A stretch of 64,000 nucleotides of DNA, taken from Adineta vaga (lineage: Eukaryota > Animalia > Rotifera). Location: contig CP075496.1 of the NCBI GenBank assembly GCA_021613535.1, positions 4,774,001-4,838,000 on the forward strand, given 5' to 3'. The notes below the pieces were generated by a model. That model saw only the letters and a program-made list of their open reading frames with translations, ran no database searches and had not been told where the DNA came from. Every line of letters starts with the position of its first letter. Position 1 is the first letter of the stretch. The translations under genes and the position numbers were made by a program. This document shows, in pieces, positions 26,727 through 40,356 of this stretch.

Positions 26727-28122
26727 ATGGCAGCAAAATCTTTAACGGGTCAAGTTGCACTTGTCACAGGTGGAACACGAGGTATTGGCAAAGGTATTGC
26801 CATTGAACTAGGAGCAGCCGGAGCACTCGTCTATGTTACAGGTAGAACTTTATTATGATCTATTCGTTAAAGTAATACATATCATTTGCATATACATTGA
26901 GGTCGAACAATGAAATCAGCTGATGGTAAAAGTGGTAGTTTAGAAGAAACAGCAGAAGCTGTAAGTATACATCAATGTATGTTTTTATAGAAAAGAAAAT
27001 TCTTTTTTTTAGATCCGAAATCGTGGTGGTAAATGTATTCCAGTACGTGTTGATCATGAAAAAATGGATGAAGTTGAAGAACTTTTCGAACGAATTGCTA
27101 AAGAACAAGATGGTCGATTAGATATTTTGGTCAATAATGCTTATAAAGGAGTTGAAGTATTAACTGAATATCGAAATTATACATTATTTCTATGATGACC
27201 TTCTTTTTTTCTAGCCTATTTTGAGTACATCAGGTAAACCATTTTGGGAAGTTGAACCAACTATATTCGATGATATTAATAATGTTGGTTTACGGTATGA
27301 ATATTGAATGAATTGATAATTCTTCAAAGAATCTTTTGCTTCTCTCTAGTAATCATTATTTTTGTACTGTTTTTGCTTCTCGATTAATGGTACCTAGAAA
27401 ACAAGGTTTAATTATTGTGATTTCGTCTGCTGGTGGTTTACGTTATTTATTTAATGTTTCTTATGGAATTGGAAAAGCTGCTGTTTGTTTCTTTTTTTGT
27501 CTCTTAGTTATAAAATTGCTATGTGAAAAATATTTTAGTGTGATCGAATGGCAGCAGACACAGCGATGGAATTGAAAAAACATAATATTGCTTCCATTTC
27601 ACTTTGGCCTGGTGCAGTTTTGACAGAAACAATTCAAGGATCAGAAAATGGAGCTCGGGTATGAAATAACCTTCGATATTATTTCATTAAAAAACTTTTC
27701 TACATTCTAGTTCCGAAAAATGCTAGAAAAATATGGTAAACCAGAATCAGCAGAATATTCTGGTCGTATCATTGCTCATTTAGCACAAAGTATATATTTG
27801 TTTGTTTTCATAAAAAATCTTTGCAGCTTAGTACATTCTTCTTGAATAGATCCATCATTGATGCAATATTCAGGAAAGATAGTAATAACGGCTGATTATG
27901 GAGAAGCTTATAATATTGTTGATACCGATGGTATGTATCATTGAATAATCATATTGTTTTAGATGGATAGTTACGATATATTTAGGTCAACCTGCGGCGA
28001 ATATCCGTTCATTTGCTTATCTAGTTCGACAAGTGCCAACTTTAAGTTGGTTAGCTGGATGGATTCCGGGCTTTTTAAAAGTGCCATATTGGTTATTTCA
28101 TCAAGCAAGCAATAAATTTTAA
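26727..28122 (+). CDS. DHRS1: Short-chain dehydrogenase/reductase, DHRS1-like
   Basis: Contains VALVTGGTRGIGKGIA...VYVTGR, GGKCIPVRVDH, EQDGRLDILVNNAYKG, and DDINNVGLRNHYFC. The catalytic motif is YGIGKAACDRMAAD, and the protein ends SNKF*. Confidence 0.88.
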
Positions 28123-28660
28123 GTTTTCAAGTTTTTGGTTGATCTAATCCTGCTTCATGATTTCTTTTTCTTTTTGATAAACCAGTGATTTCATGTAATA
28201 AAGTCTATCGCATGTTTGACGGTGTTAGTGAACTGAATGTTTTTTTAACATTATTTCAAAAATAAAACCTAGTGAACTTTTAGATTTCAACAAAATATGA
28301 TGATTAATATGAAATATGTCGTTAGAAATGCTTTCCTCTTTTTAGGAAGAGTTTCATTTCAAACTAGAATAGCATGCAATGAAATATTTTATGTTTTATT
28401 TTAGATGATCAAAAAACTAACTGTTCGATAAATTTTTATAGGACACAGTAGGTATTCTATACAGAATACTGATAGATTTTTATCATTGAATTCTGATATA
28501 TATTATTAAAAAAAGTGATTCATTCGTTATTTAATTGTTATATTTCTAGATCAATATTGATATAACATATGTTGATTGAAGCTTTTTCTGTCGTGAACAC
28601 AGCAAGAATATGATTTCTTCTTGAACTCAGTTGTAATATTTTGTATACGATTTGTTTTAG

Positions 28661-30363
28661 ATGGCATCAGAAATCAAATTTACGCAAGATACAATGAAAC
28701 AATTCAATGTAGCAAAATCATTTAATGTGAATAAAGATCGTATAAATGCAATGAATTTTTCACTCGATGGTGAAACATTGATTTCATCGAGTGATGATGA
28801 TTCAATTGTGATTTATGATTGTAAAGAAGGAGAGTATGTAGGAATTTCTTTGTCAAAAAAATCGAGAATTTTATTTTGAATTTTATTTTCGAAGAACAAA
28901 ACGAACATTATTCAGTAAAAAGTATGGCGTTGATCTTATTCATTTTATTCATGGAACTGAACAAGTTTTACATGGTTCTACAAAAGTAGATGGTTTGTAG
29001 TTTTTTAACAAATGATTTTAACATCTACAGATTGTATTTTATAGATTCTGTTCGATTATTGCAATTAGAAGGCAATAAATACATACGATATTACTCAGGA
29101 CATACAAAACGGTACGCTTTTTTATTCGTATAAGCCGATTGAGTTTAGTATCACCTTTCTCTATATGTTTTTATGAATACGTCTAGTTTTTCAGAGCAAT
29201 ATATGATATCAATCGAAAATTAAATTAAATTATTTTCTTTTTCTTTTAGTGTTGTAAGTTTGAGTATTTGTCCAACAGAAGACACATTTCTTACATCCTC
29301 AATTGACAATACATTGCGTCTATGGGATGTACGCATTCCCACAGCTCAAGTAAGAAGTTTGTTTTTCTTTTCTAGACATTGATATTTAAATGTTTTATTC
29401 AAAAAGGGTCTTCTCAATGTGCAGACAATAGCTGGACCACATACTCGTCCGATAGCCAATTTTGATCCTGAAGGTACTTCAACCTTCTATATAAACCTTT
29501 CTAGTCTTTATTTTTTCTCTGTCTATTTAGGTGTGGTTTTTGCAGCTGGTATCCAATCATCTCTAATCAAACTCTACGATATTCGCCATTTTGATAAAGT
29601 ATGCAAACTTACCTGAGGTAGTAAAACGGAAGATACAAATAATAATGTTAAATTGATTTATTCTCCTGTTTTAGGGGCCATTTACAACATTTCGTCCATT
29701 AGAAATGATGGAGAATACTGATAAACAAACGACAAATTCCACTCTTCCAACTGAACAATGGACACATTTAAAATTTAGTCCAGATGGAAAGATGATTTCG
29801 ATTGCAACCAATGGAACTAGTTTACATCTTATTGAAGCTTTTCAAGGTTTACCTATACATAAATTTACTGTATGTTAATTTGTATGATCTATGAATTCAT
29901 TCAAATCGGAGTTTCTTTAGGATTTTGTCAACGATCGACATGAACCATTACAATGCTGTTTTAGTCCTGATTCAAGTTATATCTTATGTGGTATGTATTT
30001 TGAAATTCACAAATGAAATATAAAGTAAATTTGTCTTGATTACAGGTTCGGGTGATAATCGTATTTTAATTTACAAAGCTGAAAGTGGCGAGAAAGTTAT
30101 TGAAAAACAAGTTTGTTCTTTTCATGTATACTCTTTAAATTTCAAACAAATCCATAAATAATTTAGACGGAACATAGTGGTGCTATTCAATGCATTCAAT
30201 TCAATCCTGCTTTTCTCATGTTTGCAACAGCTCATACAAATATGGTTCGTTTCATTTTTGAAATTTATCCAAATTTTCTATTCTTTCCAATATATTTTCA
30301 TCTATTTAGTTATTCTGGCTACCAATGATCGATGCACAACCAACAGATGATGTACCATCATAG
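28661..30363 (+). CDS. WDR82: WD repeat protein 82 (Swd2; COMPASS/PP1-PNUTS subunit)
   Basis: Contains LISSSDDDSIVIYDC, SKKYGVDLI, NKYIRYYSGHTKRVVSL, ANFDPEGVVFAAG, IKLYDIRHFDKGPF and LKFSPDGK, ending NMLFWLP. Confidence 0.92.
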
Positions 30364-31047
30364 TAGTTCTCAAACTTTTATACATACAAATATCGATAAA
30401 AGATGTGTTTTTTTTGTCATAATTTATCTCATTCAGAGATTCTCTTTCTTTTTCATTTTCGTACTGTACTGTTAAAATCTTTTTTCTTACTACCATATAG
30501 CATGTTTGAACTGCTGATTCGTACATGTGTGTGTTTCAAACATTCTGTTCTTTTTCTGGTATATTTTACTATGCTAGGAAATTTAAATTAGATTATACAA
30601 GAATTCTTTTTGTTTGTCTGTCTTATTAAACAAGATAAAGTTAAGATCATAAAACTATATGTACTAAAGAAAAATAAAGAATTAATTAGTTATATAATGA
30701 TAGAAATATCTTTGATTTGAAGCATCATTAAATGAAATTCTCATTTGTGTATGTACAATTGTAAGTCCTATCGTGCATGGTCGGATCCGTCAATGACAAA
30801 GAAAAAAAACCTAATAGAACCATCTGACGATATTTCTTCTTAGAAAAGATTAATTACAATGGTTGAATATTTTTCATTCCTATCATTACGATTTAAAATA
30901 CTTTTTTCAATAAATAAATACAAGGAGAACGACGCATTCGTCGAAATTAGTACTTTAAATAATCATTTTTGACCTGTAATTAAGATAGACATTGAATTCT
31001 AAAGACGAAATAGTTTTATTCAAATCAGAATGATGTTCACGGAATAT

Positions 31048-32004
31048 TTAACGAGTTACTGGTGAAATGGTTCTTTCGTGTCTTTTGAAAACAATTTTCT
31101 TAAAATTTGACAAATAACTCATTGAAGTAAATGGTAATAGACAAGGTATAATATGTAGAGAAAAGAAGAAATAATTTACTTGAATAAATAATAGACTCAA
31201 TGTCGGTGCAAATATTAGAATAAGTCCATTGAATGTTAATGGAAACCAAAATAATATATATAAAATTGCTATAGTAACAAGTTGTCGTGTTAATTTACGT
31301 TGTCGATGCCATGATACTTGATGTTGCCGTTTTTGCCAGATAACTCGAATAATAAGACTTACATTTGCTATAGCAACGACTAAAACTGGAACTACAATAT
31401 CTGCAATAAGATCATAAGTTGCAAGAACTGGATTAGAAAACAAATAACATGGTATTCCACAGAAAGCCTTACATTCAATGATTTAATACAAAATTTTATA
31501 ATTCAAAAAGAAAAGATTTACCTCATTAAAATTCCATTGATTTTGACATGGATTTAATATAATCACGATAAAATAAAACATAACTGGATATAAACAAGCA
31601 ATTAACATTGGTAATACATGAAAGAAAATTCTTTTTCTTCGTGTGATCATAATTGTTCGACTAAATACAAGTAAATGTCGTTCAATTGAACCCCAAGCCA
31701 TTGCAAATAGTAGAACACCATTTGATGCATATTCCCACCAGTTCCACCACAAACAAAAACTAGTCGTTGTCGGTATAACAAAATTGAAATAATTATAAAT
31801 CATAATGAATGGAAAATTTGTTGTTAACTGAATAAAACTTCCAGTAACTAATACTAAAGTAAGATGATGATCAAGTGTAAGCTTTAGTCGTTGTCGAAAA
31901 AAATAAATGAAAATCAAAATTGAACAAATAGTCGATGGAATAGATAAGACTAGTAAGAGCCAAAATTTCACTTGTGGAAGCCATGACATTACGTCTTCAG
32001 TCAT
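31048..32004 (-). CDS. Divergent class-A-like 7TM receptor (2 exons)
   Basis: Multiple hydrophobic helices are present, with FCLWW and the DRY-equivalent MAWGSIERH. An intron at ~31469-31521 joins the two ORFs. Confidence 0.75.
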
Positions 32005-33277
32005 CTTTTATGATTACAATAAAGAATAAAAGAAATTCAAGGCAATTTTTCCGTTAGTTTAGATAAAGAAAAATAAATGATTATACATCTTATGAGAAAA
32101 GTTCTTGAGATCATTAGAGTACGATATTTTAATGAGAAGATATATGTAACTAATTGTTCCTTTAACGAAGGTACGTGTATTTCGTGTCCGGAAATTTTCA
32201 CAAATAAGTCTTGATGTTAAAAGAAGTATCTCGCCGAGTTATTTTATATTTATTTGAAAGATTTTTTATGAATAAAAATCATTAGTTTACTGTTCATTTC
32301 TATAACAAGAACTCTTTACCCTTTTTAACCGTGATTTAAAAAGTGCAGTTTATATCAGTCATATTGATGTCGAATGTCATGTTGTTTGTCTTCAGTAAAT
32401 GCACCAAGAAATATTTCAAAACAATGATGTTACACTTAGTTTGTCTATTTAGAGCAAAGTTTAATTATACAAACGATAAACACTAGTTTGAAATACAATA
32501 TATAAATATAGTACGGAAGGATAATTTCAAATTAATATTCCAAATTGAAATGCATTCATATCTTTTTCGTTTTATTTTGTGTTTCAATTGGAGTTAATTA
32601 ATGACATCTCTAGAGAACATTTTCGAAAATTGAAATTTCATCCAATAAAAATCAATATAGAAATAATTTGTTTTTATTTCTTACTAGAAAGAAAGTAATT
32701 TGATCATGTTCTCATATTTGTACAGTCATATACGAATAGATCAAACAAATTCTTTTCTCTTGTAAATCTCTAGTGTCTTGAAAAGTTCGTCATCATTATT
32801 GTCCGATCTGATAAGACATCTCGACACACGCGTCGGCATCGAAAAAAAATATATTAAACAATCCGATGAACAACATTCCGCCGCTACCGATTTGTATCAA
32901 CATAAAACAAAGATGAGCTTAAATGAATTTTTCTTTCTAAACGAGAAGATGCTATCTTTACTGGTGCTGGTGTTAGTTCGATGATGAGGATGATGATGAA
33001 CAGAAAGAAACAGCTCATTTCTATGCTTTGATCTATCTATTTGTCTTCGTTCAGTATAAGAAAAATCTTTAAAAATAATTAGCCGACATTCTACACTCAT
33101 ATTCATTAGATAATAACCATAGTATGTCTGTTGTTTGAATCTATGCTGAAATTTTTTTCTCTCTATATATCTGGCTCCTCAACTTATCATTAACATCGAA
33201 GTACATTGCTGGTGCTTCTGTTCGCTGTCACTGATGTTATTTCGAAGTAGAATTTGTTCAAGCATGTATATATACAC

Positions 33278-33308
<31 letters not shown>

Positions 33309-36300
33309 CGGTGCATTGACTTGAAAGATCAATCGAAGGTGATAACAAGACCATATTCGCTGATTAGTGTTTTTTTTCATATACATATAATTAATAGTAA
33401 GTCTTCCCTTGTGGAATGAAGTAAATTGAAAGATAGTGATGTACTAATGAGAAAACGCCTTCATTTATCATCAATCATTTGATACAAATGAAAAAGATTG
33501 AAATATTTTTATATAGAAGTCTTCATTGGGATGATAGTATTGCTTTTCTTTTTTCTTCGTAAAGAATGAAGGACAGCATAAGCAGCAGTCAAGAGAATGT
33601 ATCATCTTGATGGACGAATGATGAATTGATGTGTTTACATTTCAGATGACGAGCGTTCACTTTTTATCCCGTCATATCGGCGTGTGTACGATTTTGCTTA
33701 GGTAATCATTCTGTATATATATATCTATAGATATTTGTTTGGAGAAGAGCCACCTGTTGAAAGATACTGGTCATTTGTGTGCAGATTTAAAGCATCAAAT
33801 ATACATTTGGACGAATTCGTTCTTTCTTTCTTTTTCTTTTGACTTTGTTTTTATCCATATGGATAACTCGTCTTGCTTTGAGTGAGACAAAAAAAATGAT
33901 TAATCGAGACCGAGCGGTAGGCGACGTCAAGAAAGTTGTGTACGAATTATTATGTGTATGTGCAGAGCAAATCCACGCCTGCTTAGATATTGCTGATGCT
34001 AAGCTAGTGTGGTGGGAGTGCCATTAGAAAGTCATTTTTCACGCCAATATGCACCTTTCTGCTTGATAGACATAGACCTTTTAGAAATTGATAGAAGAGA
34101 TACACACACACATACACACATATATTAGGAAAACTAACTAAGAAGAGTAAAAGAAAAAGCAATGTCATTGTTCTTTTTTGTCAATACATATGTGTATATA
34201 TATATAAATGTATCGAATGGTAAAAGGGAAACAAAATATCAAATGAAACACGCATGAAATGTGTCTGTTAAATTAACATATCTTGAAAATTTTTTACTTG
34301 AATAAATAGATTTAATTATAATATGAAAAGACAATATCTCGATTAATAAATGTTAAGTAAAAAACTATTTATTCAATACAGTACAATGCAATCAATCGTT
34401 GAGTTTGATTTTAAAAATAATTATTGATAGTTTTAACGATGATTACGTATTATGCCCTTTCTATAATTGTCACATATAACTCGATGTAAATGTTAGCTAC
34501 TCAAAAATGATTTTTGTCTTGTACTCTTTTTACTATTCAAACGAACATATGAGAGCCAGGCTACCACAGTGACGACAAGTGTTGAAAGACAAAATGTTTA
34601 TACGATAACTTTCATAGCAATGAAATTACAACAACAGCTTATTCGATGATCGTAAAAGTGATGATGTTTGTCATCATGAAGCCCAATGTCCTATTTTGTT
34701 TCTTCTTGACGATTGTGCTATATGTCAAATGATAATTAGAAAGGCGAGCACGCGCTCTGCTTCTCTCTATCTATCGTACACATATACATACGTTCTTCCT
34801 CTCAAACATATCTTACTGTTCCACGTGCTAAATAGATCTATTCATTCTCATCTTATTTCTTAGCCATACATTCATTCTTCATTCTGGCAATAATCTATTA
34901 TCGGTAGTATAACCGAAAAAGGCAATATTAATTGAACAATAAGTACATCATCAAAGCATTTTTATACGGTTAACTGCTCATTGCAGTAATTTGAAATAAG
35001 AAATCGAAAAAATTATCATTGATCCTGAACATACGATTGGTTAACATCAAATAATGATGAAATAAAAAAGAAGAAAAAGGAAGTTGTCGTTCCGCTGGGA
35101 ATTTTATATAAATAAAAAGAATGAAGAGGTTTATGATGAACTCCAATAAAGAAAAATCACTGCTATTAAACGAGTCGTTGCAAATGAGATGAAAGACAAT
35201 TCATATGAATAGATACAAGCTGGTATATCACTCAAAAAATTCTCACGTAGTATTATAATGCAAGCCATTTATTTTCTCTTTAGTTACAGATGCTCATCAT
35301 CATCATCATCATCGTTATACAGGTTGTGTATGTGGAGATAGAAAAGCACGTCGATAGGATGTGATGTGTACAAGTTAATTTTTTGACTCGTCATCATCGG
35401 TTATTGTACGTGCTCGACACACGCGAGTCGTCAATCAACGAATATTTCTTTCTCTGGCTTTCTCTTCATTTTCCTTTTCTCTGTGTATATGTATGATAAA
35501 CAGCATTTGCATGCGTTCTTGTCGAGTGATCAATTGCAATAACACCAGCAGACGCGCTCACATGAACCTATTACACGAATCAACCGATGATGATGATAAT
35601 AATAATACTCAACAACTTTTACTAGAAGATATTGAGAAAGAGCAAAAGAAAGAACGACAGAAAGAGAGAGGAAAGCAGGTTGGTAAGAAGCAAAAGCTGC
35701 CAAATGACAGTGGCAAAAGGGCAAAATAAATCGATACTTGTTCGTCTCTGGAGTGTTGATAAGTATAAACAATTATGGGCACTGACAACGACCAAACAGC
35801 TATGGTAGAAGAAAATGATGAGATCTATTTATTTCCTTTTAGGCTTGCCGCTTTCTACGCATATCGTGGATAATGTTCTTGCTCATCTTTCTGTTCTCAC
35901 CAGCACCTCCTCTTCTTCTTCTACGACTACTACTACTATTTCTTCTTTTCCTCTAGTCATTATCGCCATAATCGAAGATATAATGGCATCAGCTACAAAT
36001 AACGAGTGTATAGTCATATCATTCCAGTCCATATAGTCAAGCAGGTTATCTTCTCCACCCTTTTTCTATATAATTTAGAATAAACGTCAATCTAAATCAA
36101 TCGAATCTGGATATCACAAACAGACATGCACTCGTTTTGCTATTTTCTTCCAACCTGCGGAAGCGGCAACAATTGAAAAGTCTGTTTTCTCATCATTAAC
36201 AGTCATTAAAGCGGAACTATGCTTATGTTCAATTTAACGGTTGCTTGCCGTTTCTTTTTTGCAGAATATAGACATACATATATGTACAAATATAATTCGA

Positions 36301-37144
36301 TAGAAATCGTGAAAGAAGAAAGTGATTTATGATCACATAAGTCGTTTGTACTCAAAAAACGATACATTTTCTTCTGATAAAAAAATAACGATAATGACGT
36401 ACACACATAGATTTACGTGTATGTACATTGGTCAAGTGAGTATCTGTCTCTTACATACACAAAGCAAGTAAACAGGACACAAACAACAATTGTCGCCGGC
36501 TATGATCATGGCGGTGAATCTTAAGCCTTACACAAACTGACAACAATTACAACTTGTCACACGAAGACTCTAACTATTGATCGAAATAAAAAAGAAGTAG
36601 GAGAAGATGAAGAAGATAAAAATTGACGGACGGCGGGAAGCTCACCGAGACGGAAATTCCTTTTTTTTTTGTGTGTGTCCGTCGCGAGCACAATCCATTG
36701 TCGTCCCGACGGTGGTACAAACGAAAGTACTTCACACTGAAATATACGATAGAAAATGAGAGCACTAAACAGCACAGGTATTGAGTTCGCGCCGCACGAC
36801 CCAAGTGTTCATTTCCTGCTAGATCGCTCACTCAAGTGCAGCATCGGACTCCAAAAAAAATGAGTAAAGAAAGAAGAAAAAAGCATCAATGCTTAGAAAT
36901 CATACTATTGATTTCTTTTATACAGTAATTTGCCTTTGAATATGAAATAAACGAAAAAGACGGTATTCTTTTTCTTTTGATAATGGTTTTTTTTTATGTG
37001 ACAAGAAAAAAAAAGATCGTGTGACAAAAAAATGTTTCTGAAGGTCAGTTAGTCAAATAAATACACAACAATTGAAAATACAACAGAGATGAATAGGGAA
37101 CACAACAACAAGACAAAATACTTGCCAAATACTTGAAGGATATG

Positions 37145-38080
37145 TCAAATCGAAAACGCAGCAGGCACAATCATTGATGTACTGGTACAATCATCAGATG
37201 AAGAATGAATTGTTGCTGTCGTTGCATTTTGTTGTTGCTGCTGTAAGCAGTTTTCCGTATGTTTATTAAGTAATGACATACGTGAAAATGTTTTTGAACA
37301 ATTACTACATCGGTACTTTTTAACATCCGAATGTGTTTGCATATGTGCACGTAAATTCGAGCGATCAGCAAATGCTCGACAACATATTTCACATTGAAAT
37401 GGTTTTTCTCCTGTATGTGTACGTACATGTCCTTGTAAAAGCCATGGACGTGAAAATGCTTTACCACAAATTTTGCATTTACATGGTAATGTATGTGTAC
37501 GTATATGCATTTTAAGTGCACCTAATGAATTATATGTTTTTTCACAGAATTTACATTGAAATTGTTTTTTAATTTGTGCAATACAATGAAATTGTTTATG
37601 TTTTGAAAGGCCACCAAATGTTGAATAAGATTTCGAACAACCATCACATTGATAACGAGAATTTGTGCTATTTGAATTGAGAGTATTTGATGTTGTTGCT
37701 GTGATTAGATTCGGCGATGGTGGTGATGATGAGCACGATGATGATGTTGGTGTTAATGGATAGGAAGATTTTAAAGGTTTTTTTAATGGATTTATATTTG
37801 AATTGATTAATGTTGGATGAGATAATGGTAATGGTGTCGACGATATTTGACCATTTTTTGACATTTGCATAGCAAAATAATGGTAACTGAGATAATAAAG
37901 ATAGGAAAAATCATTTGACGACATTAAACGTGGAAAAATCATCGATGATGGAGATGTTTTTGGAAAAGCTCGATGTGGGATTTGTGATGATTGAATTTGA
38001 TGTTTTGTATTATTATTATTATTATTACTTCCTTCTTGTTCATCATCTTCTTCTTCGTCATGTTCTAAGTCTTTGATAAT

Positions 38081-38113
<33 letters not shown>

Positions 38114-38344
38114 GTGAAGAATACCTTCTTCTTCTTCGTCGTCTTCTTCAGTTTCAAGTATTGATTCAGATGATGATGCTGCAGATAATAAACTTGAAAT
38201 CAGAAAACTTTTACGATTGTCTGATTCTATTCAAAAATCATAATAATAAATAAATTTCAATTGAATCATTTTAAAGAAAAAAATCTTACCAGTCATCGTT
38301 TCATCGTCCGTAATATTGCTTGTAGTATTTCTACTCATCATCAT
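37145..38344 (-). CDS. snail: Snail-family C2H2 zinc-finger transcription factor (5 fingers); 2 exons
   Basis: Zinc fingers read [43 protein letters not shown]...[20 protein letters not shown]...FSRMSLL. The frame stays open upstream through an acidic tract to the acceptor at ~38227. A short exon 1 (38290-38344) reads [18 protein letters not shown]. Confidence 0.93.
38082..38112 (-). repeat. (GAT)n coding microsatellite giving poly-Asp in Snail, with a nearby (AAT)n poly-Asn tract at ~38009-38026
   Basis: The tract reads (atc)n on the + strand and lies within the open Snail frame. Confidence 0.8.
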
Positions 38345-40356
38345 TTTCTCTTATTTAGATGTGGGAGTATCGTCTTCTTTCATATGCTCTTCTTCTTTTT
38401 CTCTCCCTCTCTCTTCTCTCGTTTGCTCTTTCTTTCTCTGTCTCTATTCCTCTCTTTCTCGCCAAATATATTTTCTCACTTTTTATTCGTGCTTCTATTC
38501 TTTCTTTTCCTGCGAACGCACGATAATACTTCGGCGTATTCTGATAGGCTCTTCTAATGTCGTTGTTATCGCGTAACGCACTGCCCGTGTTACTTTTGCC
38601 ACTATCAACCAGTCAGTGCGCAATTATAAAGACGAATACTGATGATGGTGAAGCTTCGTTTCCGCTTCCGGACTTTCTCTCTCTCTGACGCGCGCGCGTT
38701 TACTTGCTCGTTCAGTTCCGATATAAGTGTGCCGTTATTTAGAGAAAAGTGTCAGTTGAAGAGCAATGTAAAATAAAAGAAGCAATAGAGGAGGAGTATA
38801 TCTATTTATGTGCCTGTAATACTATGACTTTTTTTTCATCGAAATTGTTTCAACAAATGGTTACAATTAATGTATACATGTATGTCACTATGATCGAACC
38901 AATGAGAAAATGAAAAAATAATATTATTAATGACATGCACTTGTCGTTTCATCCAATGAAAAGGAAGAAGAACAACAAAATGTAAAATGAGAACAGTTGG
39001 ATTATTACAAATTCATTGAATTTATATAACATAAAAATTCTTTATCTTGTGTATCTATTCATGCGTCTTAGTCATATAGTCTTCATTCAATATTTGTTTA
39101 CTAAACACACGATATACATATACATTTCGCCACGCGTGTAGTATATTCGTATATACGAAAGTCAATCAATCACAATTCTCTTTCTCATATGTATATATCT
39201 CTTCATTACATAAAGTTAAAACTCCAAATAAACAATGATAGAGGAAGGCGAAGACGCCGCCCTTCGACACCATTTACGAGCGTGCTTGTCTATCGATTTT
39301 TTTTTGTTTCTTCGAATGAAGGTAAAAACACTTGGCAAATAGATGAAGTTTAGTTGTTGTCAACAAGTGAGAGGAGACAGAAAGGAAGGAGAAAGTCGTG
39401 ATCTGCAAATAGCCTTATATAAAGCAATACGAAAAGACGAAAGAGAAAAAAGTGAATAACATAAAAAATATCAATGTAATGAACATGATAAAGTGAAGAT
39501 CATCTTCTGTTTTAATCCTTTATACTTTTACTAATTGAGTATAAAGGAAGAACATGACATTTTTTTCGTTGAAAGGTGCTGATTGAATATAAAGAATTCC
39601 AAAATACATAGACACATGCACACCTTCATCGTCTTTCTACACGGCAGGTAGTCAAGGTAGACACAGTTAGTCTTCGATCATCATTAGCTTCATTGAGCAA
39701 CTAAATTTTCTTTCTTTTTTTTGTATTTCTTCTCTTCATTTTCGTTAGATATATACTGAAGTGACCTCTTGAAAAATGTCAACACACCTTTTAATAAGAT
39801 CAGCATAGAGACAATTGTTGATTTATGTAATAATTATCAGTTTTCGTGTGTACCACAGCATGAGATGAACTTTTTCGTTCTATAACATGCTGTCTAACCT
39901 GATGTTTCTGTATTCATACGTAATGTCACATAATTAGCAAAAGAAAGCAGCTGTATCGACGAAAAAACAACTAGATGTTGATTTTGATATTTCTCTATTT
40001 TTGTTTTCGAATGGCTTGATTATTGAACAAGATTAATTTAAGAATAACAAAGTCTCCTGCAGAGATATAATTTATCGGTATGAAACATTTCAGTCATCGA
40101 TAGAAGTGTGGACAATCAAATAAGAACGATTATTTTTTATATCATATAACAAAATTTTGTTCCGAAAATGTATTATTTTCAAAATAAAATGCATTAATAC
40201 CACACTGGCAAATATTCATGAAAAACAAGAATATACATAAAGAAAATTCTACTAATCCTACAGTATATAAACAAACAGATATATTGAAATTGATTTTGTG
40301 ATACTATGATGAAGATTCATTGCAATTCAGCGAATGGAAGACAGAAAAAAACACAT

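Noticed and set aside
32107-32128. TGAGATCATT, a bantam-like 5' end
   Set aside because: Only ~7 bp of possible pairing upstream, so no precursor.
36620-36660. aattgacgga...gggaagctcacc resembling 18S rRNA fragments
   Set aside because: The matches are short and non-contiguous, and the flanks are unrelated to rRNA.
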